The notes under the pieces: generated by a model
Seen by the model: only the letters and a program-made list of their open reading frames with translations
What the model was told of the DNA's origin: nothing
Databases searched by the model: none
In this document: piece by piece, positions 50,661 through 63,776 of the stretch
Layout: each line of letters starts with the position of its first letter
Numbering within the stretch: position 1 is the stretch's first letter
Made by a program: the position numbers and the translations under genes
Assembly: GCA_030141605.1 (NCBI GenBank)
Contig: JAQGDQ010000407.1
Location: 1 to 64,000 of the forward strand
Direction of reading: 5' to 3'
Source: Tubiluchus corallicola
Taxonomy: Eukaryota > Animalia > Priapulida
Length of the DNA: 64,000 nucleotides

Positions 50661-50702
50661 TATAATTATAATAGTAGTAGTAGTAATAATAATAATAATA
50701 AT
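50435..50702. repeat. (CAA)/(TAA)/(CAT)n compound microsatellite
   Basis: Directly visible. Confidence 0.9.
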
Positions 50703-51974
50703 AGAACTAAAAGACAGTCAGCAGAGGGGCATACACATGCTCTCACATGAAGTTACTGTGAGCAAAATGTACTTCGAGTGACCTCTTATTACACGCCGAA
50801 TAACATTGACGTAGAACATGTACATTGAGGCTTAGGACCAAACGGCTATCAGTCTACTCAAGTCGATTCACATTCTTTGACATTATGACTGGATTTTTAA
50901 GCATTTCAGTGCCTAATAACGTCAGCCAGATCAGCAACCATTGGAAAAACGAACGAATGGTTGTCTCACGCGATTGCGGTAAATTGCATTTATTATGTTA
51001 ATTCTTGTATGGCGAAAAAAACACAAGGTAAATGTACTTAAGTAAATGTATTTAATGTATTTAGTTTTTTGATGTTTGAAAATAGATTCATAGCTCATAA
51101 TTTACCAAAGTGTATTTATTATATTTTTTCTTTTGCGGTAAATCTACCCCCGCCCCTGACTCTATAAAACGATTAAAAATGATTTTTTTTAAAATTACGT
51201 AATGTAATACGTGTTATGTTAGTTTTTTAATGTCAAATGTATAAATAGTGTAAATGTAATAAGTGAAATTTATGTAATGTAAAGCATGTTTCTGTTAATT
51301 GTGTCATGTCAAATGTATATATAGTGTAAAATATGTCATGTAAAATTTAATGTACTTTTGTAATATTGTTTTGTAAAAATATTTTAATATGGTGTTTGTA
51401 AATATGTTCATTTATTGTATATAATTACACCTTAGTTTTGCACTTGTTTTTTGTATGCACTGGACGCATTTGTCTTGAACTGTGTTGTTATTTTAACATT
51501 ACGCTGAGGCTTAATCAATTTTATTATAATGAGTGAACCATTTTAAAGACAAATAAAGTATTAATATACGTATTCTTTATGCGAGTGCCTTCATGAGACT
51601 TTCTTATCTCCAGAATTACAGAAGAACTGCTTCGAGGTCTCGTGATCATCAACTAGACAGGTCAAGTCGGTGCTATGTAAAACTGCCATTTTCAACGAAT
51701 CTCACTTTGTGGTTTAGTAATAAAAATATATAACCATTGAGACTATGAAGGGCATTAGTTTATTCAGGTAAAAGATAATGTTAGCTTATTCATATACAAT
51801 ATAACAGCGTTAACTCTTAATGAAATATTTTTGACACAGTACAATATAAATCGACAGGTTATTCAAGGAAGGAGAAAAAATAATAAATTAATAAATCAAC
51901 ACTATTATACCGTAATGGATAGAACAGCCATTTAGATAAATTACTTTGCTATTAACAACTTAAGATGTAAGTAA

Positions 51975-52204
51975 TCAATGAAGACCCAGAAATCTCGATA
52001 AACGACGAACTTGTTCGTACATGTAGTCCAGCAGACCGACCTGTTCTTTCGTCAAAGTCCCAATCTGGCATAGTCTTGGATAGTTGCCAAAGAAAGGACA
52101 CGACGGAGGACGACGAATGCTAATATCACCAAACAGGACAAGTGTGTTTGTGTTCCAACTGATCAAGTCGCCATAAACATTGTAGCAAGTCTGAGACATC
52201 GCAG
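51975..52204 (-). CDS. Pentraxin gene, coding exon 7 (last)
   Basis: ttttacag| acceptor, phase 1. Reads AAMSQTCYNVYGDLISWNTNTLVLFGDISIRRPPSC...GLH*, with the pentraxin G-I-W...G-V end plus a C-terminal extension. Confidence 0.85.
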
Positions 52205-53547
52205 CTGTAAAAGGTCAAAAAATTTTTGTGATTATTTGTAGCGAGCATAAATTGAATATTTATCTTTTATTGTCTGATTAATCTTTCGACTTCTAATTCC
52301 ACAAATTTTGATATTTTAACACAAGAACAAAACTTTGACCACTTTCTCCTCCTGCTCTCACCTCTTTAACCAACAAAAACGTAGAATTTGAAACGTTCGG
52401 CGACAGTACTGATTAATTATCATAATGATTAACAACAGCCAGTAGTCACAATTTTTAATTTTTTTAAAAGCGAGAAATGAAAATCGATAGTAGGATGTGA
52501 ACCGGAAACTAGCATTGCATTATTTATTTGGGAATCTAGTCCAAAAATACACGAATAAAAAACACCAAAAACGCCTATAAATTAAATGGTTCACCATTTG
52601 CTAAGAATTAATGCTGATATCAAAAAGTGCTGAATTTGCAAGTTGACACACATTTGACTGGCGATGCAGCTAATAGGGCAATGAAAATAGCTTTCTTATG
52701 CACTTGTTGTAAGCAACTTTCAGTTCTTAGACATTGTAATTTTTCCACAGTTGTATACCGTACACGTTTGTGCAATGAATTTTTAGCAATTATGTCTTAA
52801 CAGCTTTACAACAAAATGAAAAGTTTCTAATACGAATGTTCGTTCTAGCAGCAAAAAGAAATTTCTGTTTCCTACTATTCTCATTGCTAGAGGCCAAATT
52901 TGTTAAAATATGCCATAGATATTTATCCAAAAATACAGGTTTAATTACATAACCTTTGCACGTCCAGCAAATAGTCAGCAAATAATAAACGTCAGCAAAA
53001 GATTTCATATTTTTCGGAGTAATAGTTAGGTTTTGTCTTATCCAAGTTCAAGACGACATCACACTTCTTAAATGTATCTAACAGAGCATTAACATGCAAA
53101 TGGTAAATGCAGAGAAGGGGACCTCTGCACGAAATTAAATATTTTTATTGCTCATATTCTCAGAAATAGTGTTCCAATCCAAAATGCCTTGAAAATTCAG
53201 CTTCATTACTCAGTCTCAATCTCTTTCACATTTTCTTTTCATCTAGCTACATTTCAAAAGTTCAGTCTTTGTCAACAACTAACAATTCTTTCTATCAGAG
53301 AATTCTTTCGAAGCCGTATAAACCCATTTTCCAGCCAGTCTCCAGCGCGGGTGGGCGAGCGATTTCTTCCATATTTACGCCAAAATGACTTCCGTTTAAA
53401 ACTATATAATTGAAATGACTAAAACATATTTTCAGCATAAATGACAAGCCTAACGAGACTAAGCAACTATGAGCTTTAAAATTCAACGAGAATATGAGCA
53501 ATAAATAAGATTTTGTTTCCTATAGAGATCCATTTCTGCGTGCTTAC

Positions 53548-53718
53548 CAATGACCTCGGGTGGTAAAACATAGCTGAACATGACAACATCTTGGACGACT
53601 CCTACGTAACACTGGCCCTCCTCAAAATCACCACAGAAACTGTCTTGGTCTATTCCAAATAGAAAACATCCATTCATCGGAATACCTTCAGTTCCATCAT
53701 CTTCAAACTGTCCACTGC
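53548..53718 (-). CDS. Pentraxin gene, coding exon 6
   Basis: ttttag| ... |gtaagc. Reads GSGQFEDDGTEGIPMNGCFLFGIDQDSFCGDFEEGQCYVGVVQDVVMFSYVLPPEVI, matching the GQEQD...F...Q...G.I.DV.MW..VL.PEEI motif. Confidence 0.9.
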
Positions 53719-55000
53719 CTAAAACAATGTCGTTATGCTTTAACAGCAGTAATTACAAAACAAATTATAATGACATTAATGAAAATGATGAAATGGGATG
53801 AACGAGACGCCGGCAAAAGAGCTCGATTTTGATAGTGGTATATGACGAGGTACATCATTAAATTTAAATGAAAATTATAACAGTGAAAATCATCGATTTC
53901 GGAAAATTTTTAAAAAACAGGTAATTAATAATCACCTACAATTAGTTTATGTAAATGAATTGCTTCAAAAAAAGCAAGACTATCATTAAGATATGGCTCA
54001 ACAGATTTGTCACTTCAGCATGTCTGGTTTACTCATGTGTGACTAAACAGTTTGCCTTAATTTAAAGCACAAGAAACCCTCCCCCCCCCACTTACGTAAA
54101 GCTTAAAAAATTCGTCTTGAAATTTAATTATTTACGTACTGCATTTTTGCATATTAGACTTGCGTCGGCAACAATGCTGTATAAACATGTAAATTTAAAC
54201 TCCCGCGATGACCGTTAGATGCAGCCATTTTGACAATAAGTCATTTAAAAATACGTTTTTGGTTTGTGTGTAGTGCACCCTGGAGGATGAGTGAGCGAAA
54301 TTTTACCAATTGGTGAAACATTTTAAATAACTAATATTTTTTCCTAGTTAAATAACGCTTTCAAGCAGGTAAGCGAATTGCTAAATAACATGATTTTGCA
54401 TGAAAAGTTTTTTGGGACATAATTTAACATTTGCTTTTCTTCCCCTGATTTACGTCGGGCATAAATGACGTCAATGTAATGGCGTGATCAGAATAGTGTC
54501 GCGGGAAATTTAAAATGAAAACAAAAAATCTTTTCAATGGCGATTTTTCTGAAAGCAATTTCAGGTACCCCTTTTCTTGTCCTTATTAATCAAGCCATTG
54601 CCTGAGCCTCTACCCAGGGTGTCTAACCTACAAGTTTAGGAACTCTAGCTACAGTTTTAATATCATTAAAATTTATACATTTTTGCTCGTATCTCTGATC
54701 CATATCTCTGGTTATATCAGCCTGTTTCATGACTAGTTTCTGTAATTTCGAGATTTTCACTATTTAGGTTTGAAATAATCAATGTCCTTGTTCCTTGACC
54801 TTTCACCACATCATCGTCAAGGAACGTAGCCCAGGTGACGACCCTGCAAGTTTCGTACAGCGATGACGCGTAATGGGAGTGATCCTTTTGAATGGTTCTT
54901 TTAAAAAGCGGGCACGTGATTGCATGTATTGGGTGAGGAAACTATGGAATGACCGAGGCGAATTAAAAAGGGAAGGAATATACGTGACCAGTGAGTTTAC

Positions 55001-55110
55001 CTTGAATGTATCCGTCTATATAAACCACGTAGTGCCCGCCTATCGCCCAAGATACGCATAAGTGGTGGTAGTAGCCATCAAACAATACTCCAGCAACATC
55101 ACTAACAGTT
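55001..55110 (-). CDS. Pentraxin gene, coding exon 5
   Basis: ttgcag| ... |gtaaac. Reads TVSDVAGVLFDGYYHHLCVSWAIGGHYVVYIDGYIQ, with the HxCxS/TW pentraxin signature. Confidence 0.9.
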
Positions 55111-55705
55111 CTGCAAGAGTACATTGTTAAACCTATACACTTTTTGCGAGCCAATTAGTATTAGAAAAAATGAATGCGAGTCGTAAGCAACTATGTCACA
55201 CATCAATTTCACAAATGACATAGACCATGGCGTACATGGAAGAGGACCAGAAAGCTTCTTACAGGTTCAACAATTTTGAAACCAACAATTTTGCCAAATA
55301 TTGAATATTTAGCATATTGATAGCAAAATACCTGTAGTGTACTAAATTTTCAAAAAGTTTCCAACAAAAATATTCATTTTCCACAACTGTTTGCACACTT
55401 AAAACTTATAATCGCATTATAAAAACTTGAAACTTATTTACTTAGTTAGTAACGTAGCAGTAAATCTTTGTTTAATACAGATTTACAATTTTCTTCAAAT
55501 AAGGCATCACTAAGCCTCATTGCTCAAAGGGGGACCCGTTCAAAATTCAAGTGCAAATTCAGGTTAAAAGTTACGACTTTGCCACATTTTCCACTTGCGA
55601 ACATGCTAAAATCCTTCAATGAATTTGTGGTTTTATCTTGAAACTAATCAGTACTCTTTTAATTAAAATTGTGCATATTTTTGATTACATAAATTTATCT
55701 CTTAC

Positions 55706-55842
55706 TCTTCTTCATTGTTGATGAAGATTTCTATATCCTCTCCATCATCGATGTCTATTCGCAACTCATTAAAGTCATCACTGCCTTCAACTCCATAAGA
55801 AATTAGAGTATGATCTTCGTATTCCGGATCTGGTCTTAACCA
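55706..55842 (-). CDS. Pentraxin gene, coding exon 4
   Basis: ttttgcag| ... |gtaaga. Reads WLRPDPEYEDHTLISYGVEGSDDFNELRIDIDDGEDIEIFINNEE (SY...NE motif). Confidence 0.88.
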
Positions 55843-56059
55843 CTGCAAAACTTTATTCCATAAAATCATTGAACGAGAAGAATGTTTTCAAAATGAAGTA
55901 CCACGACTTTATAGAGGAAAAATACAAATTCGCGATGAAGTCTGCATAATTATTAACTACGTTTGTCTGCACACCGATACTGAAACTCACACTGATACTG
56001 AACTGAAGCATACTTTGCTCCAGCATTGAGTTAGCAACGTAAGAGGTAGAACGATTGAA

Positions 56060-56136
56060 TAGCTAATTGGTCATAGTGTGCGCTTCTTGACTGAAGTTAA
56101 GCAGTTCCGGTCTGGTTATTAATTGGATGGGAACGG
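56060..56136 (+). mobile_element. SINE head with a tRNA-like A-box plus a 5S-like segment, inside pentraxin intron 3
   Basis: TAGCTAATTGG (A-box-like), then ctgaagttaagcagttccggtctggttattaattggatggg, similar to the 5S ICR. Paralogous to 26591-26662. Confidence 0.55.
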
Positions 56137-56400
56137 ATGGCAAAACAGTGATTTAATCGTCCACACTGCCCCGCTTATATTTACTTTATATATATATATA
56201 TATATATGTTATATATCTTAACGATTCTGTGCCCCATCTTAAAGCATTTTTGGTTTGTGTGCAACTGATTATTACACACTTTTGCTTTAAATATTCTAGT
56301 CCAAGCAAAATCATTAACGTAAGTAAGCTGGTCTATAGGTGATGAAGATATTCTACTCTCGGCTATAGCTGCAAGTTAGAGAAAACGCTGTAGATCTTAC

Positions 56401-56525
56401 CATACATATTGTGAAGGCTGTAAGCTGGCCAGTGTCCGGGAAGTCGAATCTGATGTAATCGTCGTCATCTCGATTGGGAAAAGTTACACTGAAGCCCCAC
56501 ACAGTGTCACACGGAATGTACGTGG
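56401..56525 (-). CDS. Pentraxin gene, coding exon 3
   Basis: ttacag| ... |gtaaga. Reads PTYIPCDTVWGFSVTFPNRDDDDYIRFDFPDTGQLTAFTICM (FP....Y...L.AFT.C motif). Confidence 0.9.
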
Positions 56526-57120
56526 CTGTAACAGAATGAAACCAGTTTCTTCTAAATTACATGCCCCAATAAATTCCCACGAATTAGTACCACTTATTGG
56601 TCATCCAGCGTTTTTTCTTGTTAGAAAACGAAACAACATTTTAAAGCGGTCTGGAAAATCGAACAAAATCGTGGCCTCTGGACTTCAAATGAGGTTAAGT
56701 TTTTTTTTCTACATTTGCCAAGCAACAACAAAAGTGAAAATAATATAACCAAAATGCACAACTGCACGTGATTGTCTTTTATAAAGGAAGATCATAGATA
56801 GTTGATATATCAGCAACAATTCCAAACAAAATGCCAAAAATATCTCGTTAGTTTCGTTATTCCGTCTTGATCTCTTTCTAACAAACCACATGAATCATCT
56901 ATAAACTAAATCTTCCAAGTCGATTTCAAATACTTAAAAAACTAAAAGCTGTTTTTTAATTATAATTAAATAACCGTTCGTATAATGCTCAGTCCCGTGG
57001 CATCCTAATAACTGTACTTTTATTATGTTTGCTATAATTCTGTAACCAGTGTGAATGAACTCTCTTTAGCCAACAAAATGAATTGTAAAATAGCTTAATT
57101 TGAAAAAAATTAAGGCTTAC

Positions 57121-57184
57121 GTTGATAGCTGGCTCGTGAAATGTCTGATCCGCCATATTGTCCCTCGACCAGCACGAAAGTGGC
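57121..57184 (-). CDS. Pentraxin gene, coding exon 2
   Basis: ttttacacag| ... |gtaagc, 64 nt. Reads ATFVLVEGQYGGSDISRASYQ. Phases fit both neighbours. Confidence 0.75.
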
Positions 57185-57975
57185 CTGTGTAAAAAGAAAG
57201 TGTCTTTGGATTACTTTGTCGTCTTACGAACAGCCTTGAAGTTCATGTTAAGTCCTATTTACATGGGGCGAATTTTGCTTACGTCTGCCGCGTAAGTCAG
57301 ACATTTAAAGTCCAAAACTCATGTAAACGTCTACTTGCGGTACGATTTTGTGACTGATACGATACACACATGCACAAGGCGCTTGTCCTAGTTTCTTAAA
57401 GGAAGACGGGACGAGACAAGACATTATGGCAATTTGCCATACGTGTCGACCCCATGGCAGCCTGGTGTAAAATGCTATACGTCCCGAACAAATTGCATAG
57501 TGTAAGAGATAACGACTAAGGCTCTTTACAGTCACGTACTAAGTAAATCATGGAAAGTTAAAAAATACAAGTGCCCAAATAAGTCACGACGTGTGCAAGA
57601 TTCACAAGTACGATCAGATAGGCTAGTACTAAAGATACTTTCAAGAATAAAAATATGTGTTATGAAAAGTACACCGAAATAATTTTAACATTGTGAAATA
57701 TTAGCTACACAAATTAAGAATATTTTGTTTAGTTTCCTTGATTCCCATAAAATAATACAATAAAAAAATAAAAATACTAAATTTATGATAATAAAAACGG
57801 TCAATAGGAAAAGACTGAAAGAGATACACTGCTTAAGTACGCTTTATAAGGTGATTCACAACATTTCAGAATATTCTAAATAAAGTAATATTAAATAATT
57901 ATTCAAATTATTTACATGTGTTTACCGTAATGTAAATACTGTCTTAAATCCAAGTTGTTTAAACGTTTCCGAAAT

Positions 57976-58102
57976 AATCATAGTACTTACTAACATAATT
58001 TAAATCATAGTACTTGCTAACATAATTTAAATCATAGTACTTACTAACATAATTTAAATCATAGTACTTACTAACATAATTTAAATCATAGTACTTACTA
58101 AC
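57976..58102 (-). repeat. 27-bp tandem repeat containing five copies of the exon-1 splice donor
   Basis: Minus strand TTA|GTAAGTACTATGATTTAAATTATG is repeated. Donors begin at 58098, 58071, 58044, 58017 (GC) and 57990. Confidence 0.9.
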
Positions 58103-58131
58103 AAGCACAATTGGGTGACTTTCAAGATCAT
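58099..58131 (-). CDS. Pentraxin gene, coding exon 1 (signal peptide start)
   Basis: GAAATG context; MILKVTQLCLL|gtaagt. Joined to exon 2 it gives the signal peptide MILKVTQLCLLATFVLVEG-QY. All 7 exons sum to 870 nt = 289 aa + stop. Confidence 0.75.
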
Positions 58132-58789
58132 TTCGAGACTGTGAACCGAAACGGACAAACCAAACCACCAACCAACAAATAGATGACAGTATGTAAGTGT
58201 GCTCTAGTCACATTTATTTCGCAAACTTCACTCATGTTATTCAATAAAATGGCTTCGCTTTAACCTAACGCATTTCCAAACACATTTTTATACTGTACGG
58301 ATATTTTGAGCAGACCGGCTCTACGTCTTCCTTACCTTTATTTACCTCTCAGTTCATTCATAATGAAACTAAAAAGATTGTATTTGAACAGAATACAATA
58401 AATGTTGTGAAACCGGAGTTACAAGAACATTTTACTTTCGGAAGTCAAAATAAGTATAAAGAAGTAATTATTATAAGCAAATAAAGATTATTATACAGGC
58501 AAAAACATTTGCTTAAACAGATCGCAAGCCAGTAAAACAGAAAAAGGCGTGCAAAGTACAAACACTGATGTAACTTAGCAACTAGCTAATTTAAGAATCA
58601 AATTAAACTCAACTATTATTCAAAATAAACAAGTCTAATTGCATATGTTACGAACATACAACACTGGCGACTCATTAATGTCGTATTGCAAACTTTGAAA
58701 ACATTGCTCTGATGATGCAGCAAACTGTAACAACAAAACTAGTCAAATAAACCGTACGGTTCTAATTCTTTTTGTGACGACACTGCTGC

Positions 58790-59045
58790 TGCTGCTTATG
58801 ATGACGATGATGATGGTGATGACAATGATGATTATGATGACGACGACGATGACGATGATGATGATCACCGATGACGACGACGACAACGATGACGATGACG
58901 ATGACGATGATGATGATGACAATAATGATTATGATGACGACGACGATGACGATGATGATGATCACCGATGGCGACGATGACAGTGATGCTGATGATGATG
59001 ATTCCGATGACAACGATGATAGTGGTGGTGGTGATGATGACGATG
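58790..59045. repeat. (GAT/GAC)n microsatellite with an internal ~100-bp duplication
   Basis: tgattatgatgacgacgacgatgacgatgatg..atcaccgatg occurs twice. Confidence 0.9.
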
Positions 59046-61299
59046 CTCGACTTCGAACACAGTAGCAGCGGTATCACAATCAATTGTAACTGTTATTTTT
59101 TTACTATTATCAAAACCCTAAAATAAAACTGTGCACAGCACGACAAATGACGATTTCACAATTTTTCACCCAGCATTAATAACCTGCTATTATTCGCTAC
59201 TGAATAGAAATTTTCAGACGCAGTGGTTGCCGCCATTCACTTGAAAATCATGACGTAATTGGGAGACTTCGTGACTTTTCGTAACTCGTCATGGCTTTCC
59301 GTAGCCCTAAGGGAGCGCTGCTTAAACTAATTCAAACTTCTGCAACTTACCTAATGTCCTGGTAAAAATCTTACAAAATTAGCTATCCATTTTTTTGTAA
59401 TTGAGTAACCTATTATACTTTTGATGAAGATTAACAGCGCGCTACTTTTCTTGAAAACGAATGACGTCATTGGAAGAATGGGCGTAGAAATTGGGAAGTG
59501 ATCGCAGCTTTACAGTGATTTTACTAATTACACGAGGCGCTTATTGCAGTTTTATTACTAAATTCTTCTAACATTTTTCATGAACAATGAAATACGCCTA
59601 ACCTCCTAGAAGGCTTGGCCTTTCCTTTAAGGTTAAAATAGTAAACGCTTTAAACCAAGCTAAGCACTTCATAATAGATCTATTGAAACCAAAGTCAAGA
59701 TGTGCAATTGCAGTTGGCAATTATTCAAAATTAACAGAAGTAATGGAGCAGCCAGAAAAATGTCAGATAACTACATTTACGTAGTTTATCAAAACTTATA
59801 CAGGCTTGCGTGAATTATAGATTCACTCATATTACACTGCCAATATTTGCTAATTCATTTAACTTAAAGGGTATTTTATCATCATCCTTGCACGTTGGCA
59901 TCGCGTGCAGTTGTAATCACATTGCAGACGAAGTAGGGCTGCGTTTGATAACGAGAAAGAAATTAGATAATCTCAAAAAAACAGCAAAATATACATAAAA
60001 GGCAATATCTGTTTACAAAAAAAGAAAAGGTGTTTTTAAATAAAAGAAATTAACCACTAGTAAAAGAAAAAATGCACGATCACGTGTAGGCATCAGTGAA
60101 GCTATTTTTGTTGGCGTGTTTGGTTTATCGACTTATGTCGTATCAAAGCTCGTAATGACTGAACGAAATTACAATTTTATCGAACAGGCAACTCGCCTGG
60201 TGAAGCTTATTTGCAGCAATTCAACTAAATCGCCTCATCCTGAGGCAAGAACTCGTAAATCTTTATCATTATGCGAGTTGGCGGTGACAAGTTTTTAATG
60301 TTTAAACTCTCTTCGAGCGGTGTGAGCTGAGCTTGCACAGATTCATGTAGCTGCTTGCACACAAATACACAAGTAGTGCTGATGAGCCACTGGCTTAAAA
60401 TCAGTTTTTTAATATGCTTCAGCGCCTCCGGTAATGAATCTACTTGCTATCAGTAGTTGTGGCAGGGTCGGAATCTAACAAGAGAGGAAATCGAAAAAAA
60501 TTATGTCGCAAATGAACTTAAAGAGCATCAAGCTGAAAAATATAAAATCTGTACAACTCATTATGTATTTTTTATATTTTTATTTAGCGAACTTGGTCGC
60601 TACACTGCATTACAAAAAAATACAATTCACAGATATATACAAAAAATAAACCCACCAATGAGTCATAAGCCTAATCTAATTAATTTTGTTACATCCGTCT
60701 GTTTTAGTTTTATATAAGACGATCGGTAACGCTTTTTGACTTTGCAATTTTACAGTGAATGCATTTTAGCTTTTTTAAAAATAAAAATTATAATCATCTT
60801 GGAAGTGATCTTTGTAGATGGTCTCAAAAGTCGATATTTTGTGTTTTTTTTATTCCGTCTCAGAACATTTTATAGTTTTATAATATTTCTTTAAGACAAA
60901 AAAATATTTGAAAATAAGTACATACGAACTCAATCTTTTTCCAATTTGTCTAGTCAAAGCAGGCAAAAATCATAAAAGAACTGATGTGCTGGTAAGCTTC
61001 GTTACTTTCGCTAACTTATTCAAAGCACTTCTCTTAATGATTAACGCATTTCCAACATCAGCAATATTTCAAGTTAAATGTTTGCACATTAAGCTCTAAT
61101 TGTCATTTCGGACGTCTTGGTTTTTTTGCATAAATTTTAGCGATCTTGACTGATGTAGCATTGTAGAAAAATTGCAGAGCGTTAAATCTGTTAACCTCCA
61201 TACTTCCAAACGAAAGAAGGGTCAAAGAGCCCCAGTGGCAAGTCGGGTAACATGAGTAGTAAGAAATGGCATCAACTTGTTGAAAAGCTACTTTATTAA

Positions 61300-61756
61300 C
61301 CCTTTCAGTCCCAAATTAGTTTTCTAATAAGAAAAATTTTTTTGGCTCGGTACTTTTGTTCAGTATGTCCATCTTGTTTACACATAATAATTATTTTTTC
61401 TACCTGTGCCCACGTGCTAAATATAGCCTGTATCGCACAGGATACATTGGGATTCAATGGAAGCATAAAATGTGCTTCATTTTGCAACTGCTGATATTTT
61501 TTAAAGCATTTAAGACATTTAGTATGCATGCTATGCTGATCTGTACTAAGTCGTCTCTAATGTACTGTACCATGCACAGTTTTTGTGCTATGTATATTTT
61601 CTAGTTTGCCATTTTATCACCATTTTTAGTCTATTGCTATTGGCTCAAATCAAAATAACTATTAACAGATCAAATAACTGTCAGTTTTAAAATTTTATTA
61701 ATTTTAAAGGCAGAAAATATTCTCGTATCCCACGGGATACCACGGGTATGAAAGGG
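61300..61756. mobile_element. piggyBac-type MITE (457 bp)
   Basis: TTAA|CCCTTTCAGTCCC ... GGGTATGAAAGGG|TTAA. Confidence 0.85.
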
Positions 61757-61837
61757 TTAATAGTGAGAGAATAGCGTGATCCATACACTGTTCTGAATTT
61801 CCACTGCACTTTTGTTACTGACACAAGGACCTCTTAC

Positions 61838-61923
61838 CAGGTTGACATTTCGAGCCTCATTTTCAATGTTAGTATCGTCGCCATAGTTACGAAGTTTTAG
61901 ATAAAATTTGAAATTTCCAAAGG
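61838..61923 (-). other. Candidate isolated exon (86 nt), parent gene unknown
   Basis: ttttctttttagcag| ... CTG|gtaaga. One frame is open: FGNFKFYLKLRNYGDDTNIENEARNVNL. Confidence 0.3.
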
Positions 61924-63742
61924 CTGCTAAAAAGAAAACTGGATCCCAACGTGTACACCCTGTATATCGTAATCTTATACTGAGCAACATTTTTGTTTTC
62001 ATTGAGCCTCTGGAAAAACATTCAAATCTTAGTATTTAATCTTAAATTTTTTATTTTGAGAATCTTAGCTGTTAAAATTACTCAGTCTAAATTGCTTGTA
62101 ACTACCCTTACTTTAATTAAATTAAGCAATTTGGATTACTGAGTACCTGTGTACTAGCTTTTGTTCTGTAGCAAAAGTTTTTTACTAATTTCTTGGTGTA
62201 AATATAAAAAACTGTTGGCAAATATTAAACACTGATGCACACACAAAAAATGATCTCAAGTAACTGTATTCTGTGTTGCGTTTAAAAAACGGAGAGTTAA
62301 TATTTTAGTTACTTAACGCCCATCTTGTTTATTCGAAGTTTCTTGAGCTTGAAGGACGCTACCAATTACAAAGTGAAAGTTGGGCTTGTTTACCTTGAAT
62401 TAGTCTTAGAATTACACAAAAAAGGTGGGTCGTGCTTATAGGATTATATCCGCATCAAAGCGTCTAAAATGACAACAACAACAACAACGGGAACTGGGGC
62501 GGTTTCAGGAACGGGTCCCCCACAATAACATAGAACAATTTTCATGTCTTTACATAATTTGTGAAATGAAAAGCAACCACTCTTACGATTCATCGTAATT
62601 AAACACGGATAGACAGTCTCGCTTCTTGTAAGTGCTCAGCTTTTGGCCATGATAATTTATTTTTTTTTGACTGTCTAAGAATTATGCTTGTGTTATGAAA
62701 TATATTTCAGTTGCCATTGTTCTTATGTATCCGTTGTCAGATTTTTATTTTCAGTTCTTGTTTGATTTTTTTTATTATGCACTTATTATTACTGCGTATG
62801 AATTGTATTAACACGTTGTAAGCATATCAATTTAATGTCATTCGTAACAATTAAATTTTTATTATAAGCAGTACTAACACTAATACACTGTAGCATAGCG
62901 CTTATAAAAATGTTCATGACTAACCAAAGGGCAGCTGACTAGATGACCAATTGGTCTTTTGCTGCCCTTTCTTCACATTTGTGTTTCCAAATTAAATGTA
63001 TTATAACTGTGCGTGTGTTGCAAGATAAATAAAAAAAGAAGTTCTGAAAGGTACGCAAAATCGAGAAAAACTTTTTTCGCCTTCATAAGGTTTTAATGTC
63101 CAAATGGTGACGAAGAATGTGTAAGTCATAATCAAAATAAAGCCCTTTCCCAAGTTAGATTGGAAGGCCTTTGTATTTTGTTGCTGAATTTTAAAATGAT
63201 TTAAAGTTCCAATAGCAAAATGTGTTTAGATAAAGCTTATAGAATAAAGTAGTATAGTAAGCAATTAGTCCGAAGATCTATAACTGAATTAGTTTATTGG
63301 CCGTCTCTGAACAAGTCTTTAAAAATTCAGAACGTATAGTTCTTGAATGTGGGGTATCTGAATACACATTATAATTAGCCGTTTATGTGAGTCGGCCACC
63401 AATTTTTAGATGAAAAAAATCGTCGAGGCACAAAAAGTTTCAAGGTCGCTAGAGCGGTATAAAAACTGCGCTCGGACATTGGTCCATTGCCAATCGTTTA
63501 ACACTGCAGGACCATAGGTCATCCAGCAATATCCATCAAATAAGGTAAGAGTGAATGTTTTGCTTTCTGTTTGTTTGTACTTTTTTATTGGGTGGTGTAT
63601 TAAAGCATAATGACGCAAGACATTGACGTTTTTCAGGCTTTCCTTTTTTGTGCTGTTTCTACCGGGTGGCGTAGAAAAAATGTTCGAATATTAGACTACA
63701 ATAATATTAGAAGCAAGTGCTCTACAAAATTGAAGTTTCGCA

Positions 63743-63776
<34 letters not shown>

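Noticed and set aside
54770-54850. Possible alternative pentraxin exon (WATFLDDDVVKGQG)
   Set aside because: No convincing donor. The gaaacttg...aaaggtcaagg motifs look like a common non-autonomous DNA transposon, and the gene model is complete without it.
58700-60410. Isolated CTGATGA plus short stem motifs (about 58709 and 60379) as hammerhead ribozymes
   Set aside because: No GAAA after stem II and no stem I/III closure.
63406-63618. 70-aa minus-strand ORF / plus-strand exon-like segment
   Set aside because: The plus-strand AG..GT segment has stops in all frames. The minus ORF lacks an ATG start, clear splice sites and any motif.
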